A stretch of 64,000 nt of DNA from contig CBFFRP010000363.1 of NCBI GenBank assembly GCA_965644295.1, forward strand, positions 62,001 to 126,000, read 5' to 3'. Of this stretch, positions 60,401-64,000 are shown one piece after another. Source of the stretch: Paraphysomonas bandaiensis (lineage: Eukaryota > Protista > Chrysophyceae). The notes under the pieces were generated by a model that was not told the origin of the DNA, searched no databases, and worked only from the letters and a program-made list of their open reading frames with translations. How positions within the stretch are numbered: the stretch's first letter is position 1; each line of letters opens with the position of its first letter. A program made the position numbers and the translations under genes.

Positions 60401-62782
60401 TCCAGCTTGAAAAACAAAGGGTCAAACGAGTAGAAGTTTTTGCCGTACGACTACAAGCTTTTGCTAGGTCAGTCCTGGCCCGTTTGAAGCTGAATGAAAA
60501 AAAGTATGAGAGAATCAGAGAGGAGAAAAAGAAGGCTGAAGAAATAAAGAAAATGACGGCGGCAGCATTGGTTGTACAACGAGTGGGAAGAGGCTTCGTT
60601 GTGAGGAAAGCAATGAAGTTCATGGCTGAGCTCGTGAGCCTCCGGCGCGAATTGAGCAGGAGAAATGTTGAAAATGTTGAGGTTTGTGGCATGTAAAGTG
60701 TAATATTTGCGCTGAACGTAATGACCATGCGTTTTAGCAAGATATGACAAATTCGTGTGGTGTAGTGTTTAACCTTTCTGTGGTACTTACAGGCGCTTCT
60801 AAAGAACATCAAAGAGTTAGGAAATACTGAGCCCCTGGCTCCGATATTTCAACGTGAAGTGGATGTTGCTAAAACTATGGTGAAACTAATAAAGATTCAA
60901 GACAAATATGTAAAAGACATAGATAAGGCGATTCGAAACGAAAGTGTAGCCGACCTTAATCGCCTGTTAGTACGCGCAGAAAGACTTGATTTGTCCACAC
61001 ACCCATCTGTAACACGTGGAAAGGAGAAGCTCAGTATGTTGCACAGGAAGCGTACAGTTATGAAAACCATGGTAGACTTTCTGCGAAGTGAGAATGATAT
61101 ATGTGAAGTCATTCCGGAGACATTAGAACAAGCTGAGGTTGGTGAACGACAGCTATTAGCGTATGTACAATACTCTCTATGGACACATTTATCTATATCG
61201 CTATCGTATCAATAGCTGCGTATGCTGCTCTCTCGTTTCTAATTGTATTAACGTATGTATAGATGCTAGGAGTGGATCCAGATTTTATTGCTAAAGTGCA
61301 GCGAATATATGAAAGTGCTTCCCCCAGACTACGCGCTCGAAACAAGCTTAGACGAGCTATTGAGACTATTGATAAGGTTCTAAGGCAGCTATTAGTACCA
61401 GTCTGATAAGTTGACATTGTGTTTAGAGTGGTGTCGTTGAAGCAATCGCGGAGGTCAGTGAGCTGCAAGATCACTATCCTAAATTTGCCGAGATGGAGCT
61501 ACGTGCTGCGAAGAGTTTGTTGCGCATGCTGGAGTTCGAGGATCAGTTGTGCGGCAGCGCTATTGCATTAGGTGTACAAAACGTTATGGGCGGAGATGTG
61601 CGATTGAGTGACGAAATCCTGGGTTTATGCCATGAGATTTGTGCGAGCGCAGATAATCGGCCTCTGTGCAAATCGTTGAGAAGTAAACTGTTACGTCTAG
61701 CGGGTAGTTCTGACGTCCTTGAAAACTGGGTAAGATGGTATAAATGGTCAAAAGTATATTGCACGTGGAAGTATCCTGAGGTCATTGACAAAGAACACAG
61801 GTAGGCACAGTCAAAAATAATTTTGAAACACGGTACACATTTGGCAATTCGGAATTTATGGTATTCTGTTGTAGCGTATTTAATGAACGCACACGTAGAT
61901 TTGTTTCCTTTTTATGCAGCAGTTCATTTTACTTCCCAAATGGGTGGGTAATAGTTTATTTCTTTGCAGGCGGTCTGAGGATTCCGTGGCGGCGGAAGAG
62001 GAGGGGGAGTTTTTTGGACTTCGCCCAGCAGATGCCCGCTCGTCAGTGTACGTCATCCGTACCTTGCATCAAGATGTCAACGTAGTTCTGGGTGATGCTC
62101 CCGCATCCATACAGGCTGCACTAGGTTAGTGATTGTTCTTTACTGATTCATCCCCACAAATATAATGTTATGTGACTCTCGATGTGTTGTGATATTGCGT
62201 TTGGGTGCATATAGGGTCATTGAATATGGGCACGAGCAGCGAGGAAGATAATCAACCGAAGTTCAATAAGCATTTGAGGCGCCGCATGGAAATGGAGAAA
62301 ACTGCATCCAAACGTGCACACGAGACTACTGGGAAGATAACTATGAAGGTAAACACACTTCAATGTATTTCACTTGCCGACTGAGTAAATGTAGGGTGCC
62401 ACTCCGAAACTTGAGGCTAAGGAAAAATTGCGTAGCTGGTAAGTGGTACTGCTGTACACCTACACTTACCATAACACTGATGTGTCCCAGCGCCGGCCGC
62501 AAGACGAGTTACTTCATGCTGGCACCCTCTGCTGAAAAACAATTGTTGGAGTCAAGGTGAGACAAGTATGATAGTCAAATTATACAGAATTAGCAGAGCA
62601 AAAGTTAAACATATCACTGTCTTTGCACCTAAGCCGACCTATATAACGATACAAGTCTTTCCATTGTCATGCGATATTATCTACTAATACGTATGTACAG
62701 GAAGGCATTGACAACACAGAAGAAAGTTGTCAAAGCAACACGAGCACGGGTCAACCGTGACAGAAAGAATGTGTGGCATTAA
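57429..62782 (+). CDS. Unconventional myosin with two IQ motifs and an atypical helical tail
   Basis: N-terminal SH3-like VWVPH; [15 protein letters not shown]; P-loop GESGAGKT and switch I NNNSSRFGK (both split by introns); DIFGFE; [13 protein letters not shown]; [10 protein letters not shown]; IQ motifs LQAFARS and VQRVGRG. Last exon ends ...KNVWH*; tail exons less certain. Confidence 0.92.
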
Positions 62783-63115
62783 GAAAGGTCGCGCTTTGGT
62801 TTCACAGCATGTATTGTGTAGGAGCTGCCGATTTATATATAGTTTTGATGTTATGGTGGTAATTTTTAAACCGGTATACCTCCAAGGGGTATACCAACTC
62901 ATACGCTGAAAAATGCAATGACTTGTAAAATCAAGTAGAATATAGTGCCAGTTTTACCAGTTGTGGAAAACAACTGTGTAGTAGACCGTAAACCTGTGAC
63001 TCAAGACTGGAAGATTGCTGAATGGTATCAAGATTTGACATTATTAGGTGATAAAAGCTTAAATAGCCGAACGTAATGTACATAATGCTTGAATTATGAA
63101 TTATAAATATTGTAT

Positions 63116-63236
63116 ACGCACAAGCAGCTTTCGTAGCGTTAAATAGTAGGTTATCAGAGTTGAGCAATAGTTTGTTAATTATTTTGCTACATTAGTTCTG
63201 ACTCTTACACGCCTATTGCTAATAATCAGACATTCA
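63116..63236. mobile_element. Dispersed LTR-like repeat, copy 4 (reverse orientation, internally deleted)
   Basis: Reverse complement reads TGAATGTCTGATTATTAGCAATAGGCG...CCTACTATTTAACGCTACGAAAGCTGCTTGTGCGT. Confidence 0.65.
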
Positions 63237-64000
63237 CTACCATATATTATATATGAAGAACTACCCTTCAGTAACGCTACTTTTCTACTGTCACAACACA
63301 ACTTCTTAACGTACCACCATCAGATTTTTTATAACTTCGTAGTACTGCTCTTGCACCTCGTGTAGTATTGTACTTAGTAGAATTTATAGCAGCGCTGATA
63401 ATTGAGTTATATCATTATACTAATTTGAAGAAATGTTAAGGCTCAGAGTATGCTTCGCATGTGTGGCAACCCCATTGCGAGATGCAGTTTCTACTTCGTA
63501 CTACGACATGATTACATATTCTGAATCACTTATTTTTTAAATACTCGTGTCGTAAATACCGTGTAAATATAGTCGGCTGAAACACCTAATCAGTGAATTT
63601 CAAAACATACCAACTGTTCGAAGCATCAATATAATATACTCCAAAAATGACATGCTAGTAACACCTACGCAAACTAACAAAGCGACTGATTAATGGTGCC
63701 CATTGTCTCCAGTTGAGTACACTCCTTAGAGTTTCAGCTTTTCCGTATCAGCTGCTGAAACATCTGCAAAGTTGACTATGTCCTGAATGAGATCCCGCGA
63801 CACGTACTGTACCAATTTGTAGGTTTTCCTATACGTATATATGCAGTTATTACAACATTTATTACCGATATATTGACTAACCTGGTGAGCATTTCAAATT
63901 TACCATATCTGGCAGTGTCTCGCATAAGGTTATTGTGCATCAAAATCAGCTTCTTGGATATACTCAAGAAATTCTCTTTCAAAAATTGCTTTACCATTGG

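Noticed and set aside
63776-63997. 73-aa ORF at the window end
   Set aside because: No recognisable motif and truncated context; cannot be called.
1-64000. tRNA, rRNA or snoRNA genes; non-canonical genetic code
   Set aside because: None recognised by eye; the gene models I traced close with the standard code and GT-AG introns. tRNAscan-SE/Infernal would be needed to exclude small RNAs.

Overview
Compact, intron-containing eukaryotic nuclear DNA: standard genetic code, short GT-AG introns (mostly about 45-140 nt), genes often in head-to-head pairs. Gene content (hybrid histidine kinase, OvoA, TEDC1/TPGS1-like basal-body genes, unconventional myosin, Crypton/hAT relics) suggests a flagellated stramenopile, probably an ochrophyte; this is inference. 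About 19 protein genes are supportable. Housekeeping genes include SDHA (partial), fibrillarin, a RetSat-like oxidoreductase, an SLC35A nucleotide-sugar transporter, RMND1, a sulfotransferase, a Dsc3-like protein and a myosin. Three spliced genes have striking domain fusions. (1) 23176-26226(-): a soluble-guanylate-cyclase-type H-NOX + HNOBA gas sensor joined to a hybrid histidine kinase/receiver instead of a cyclase. (2) 30322-34608(+): a single-chain ovothiol pathway, with an Egt2/CefD-type PLP C-S lyase, an OvoA sulfoxide synthase and two tandem methyltransferase domains. (3) 12069-15993(+): a class-I-like PI3-kinase whose N-terminus is a cNMP-binding domain plus a GAF domain. Also present are a RING-CH-DUF179 fusion, a ~2816-aa ankyrin/TRAF-zinc-finger protein, a Crypton-like spliced ORF with tandem duplications, a hAT relic, four copies of an LTR-like repeat and a recurring promoter 10-mer (TACTGCTGTA). 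All domain calls come from motif recognition by eye; no database searches were run.
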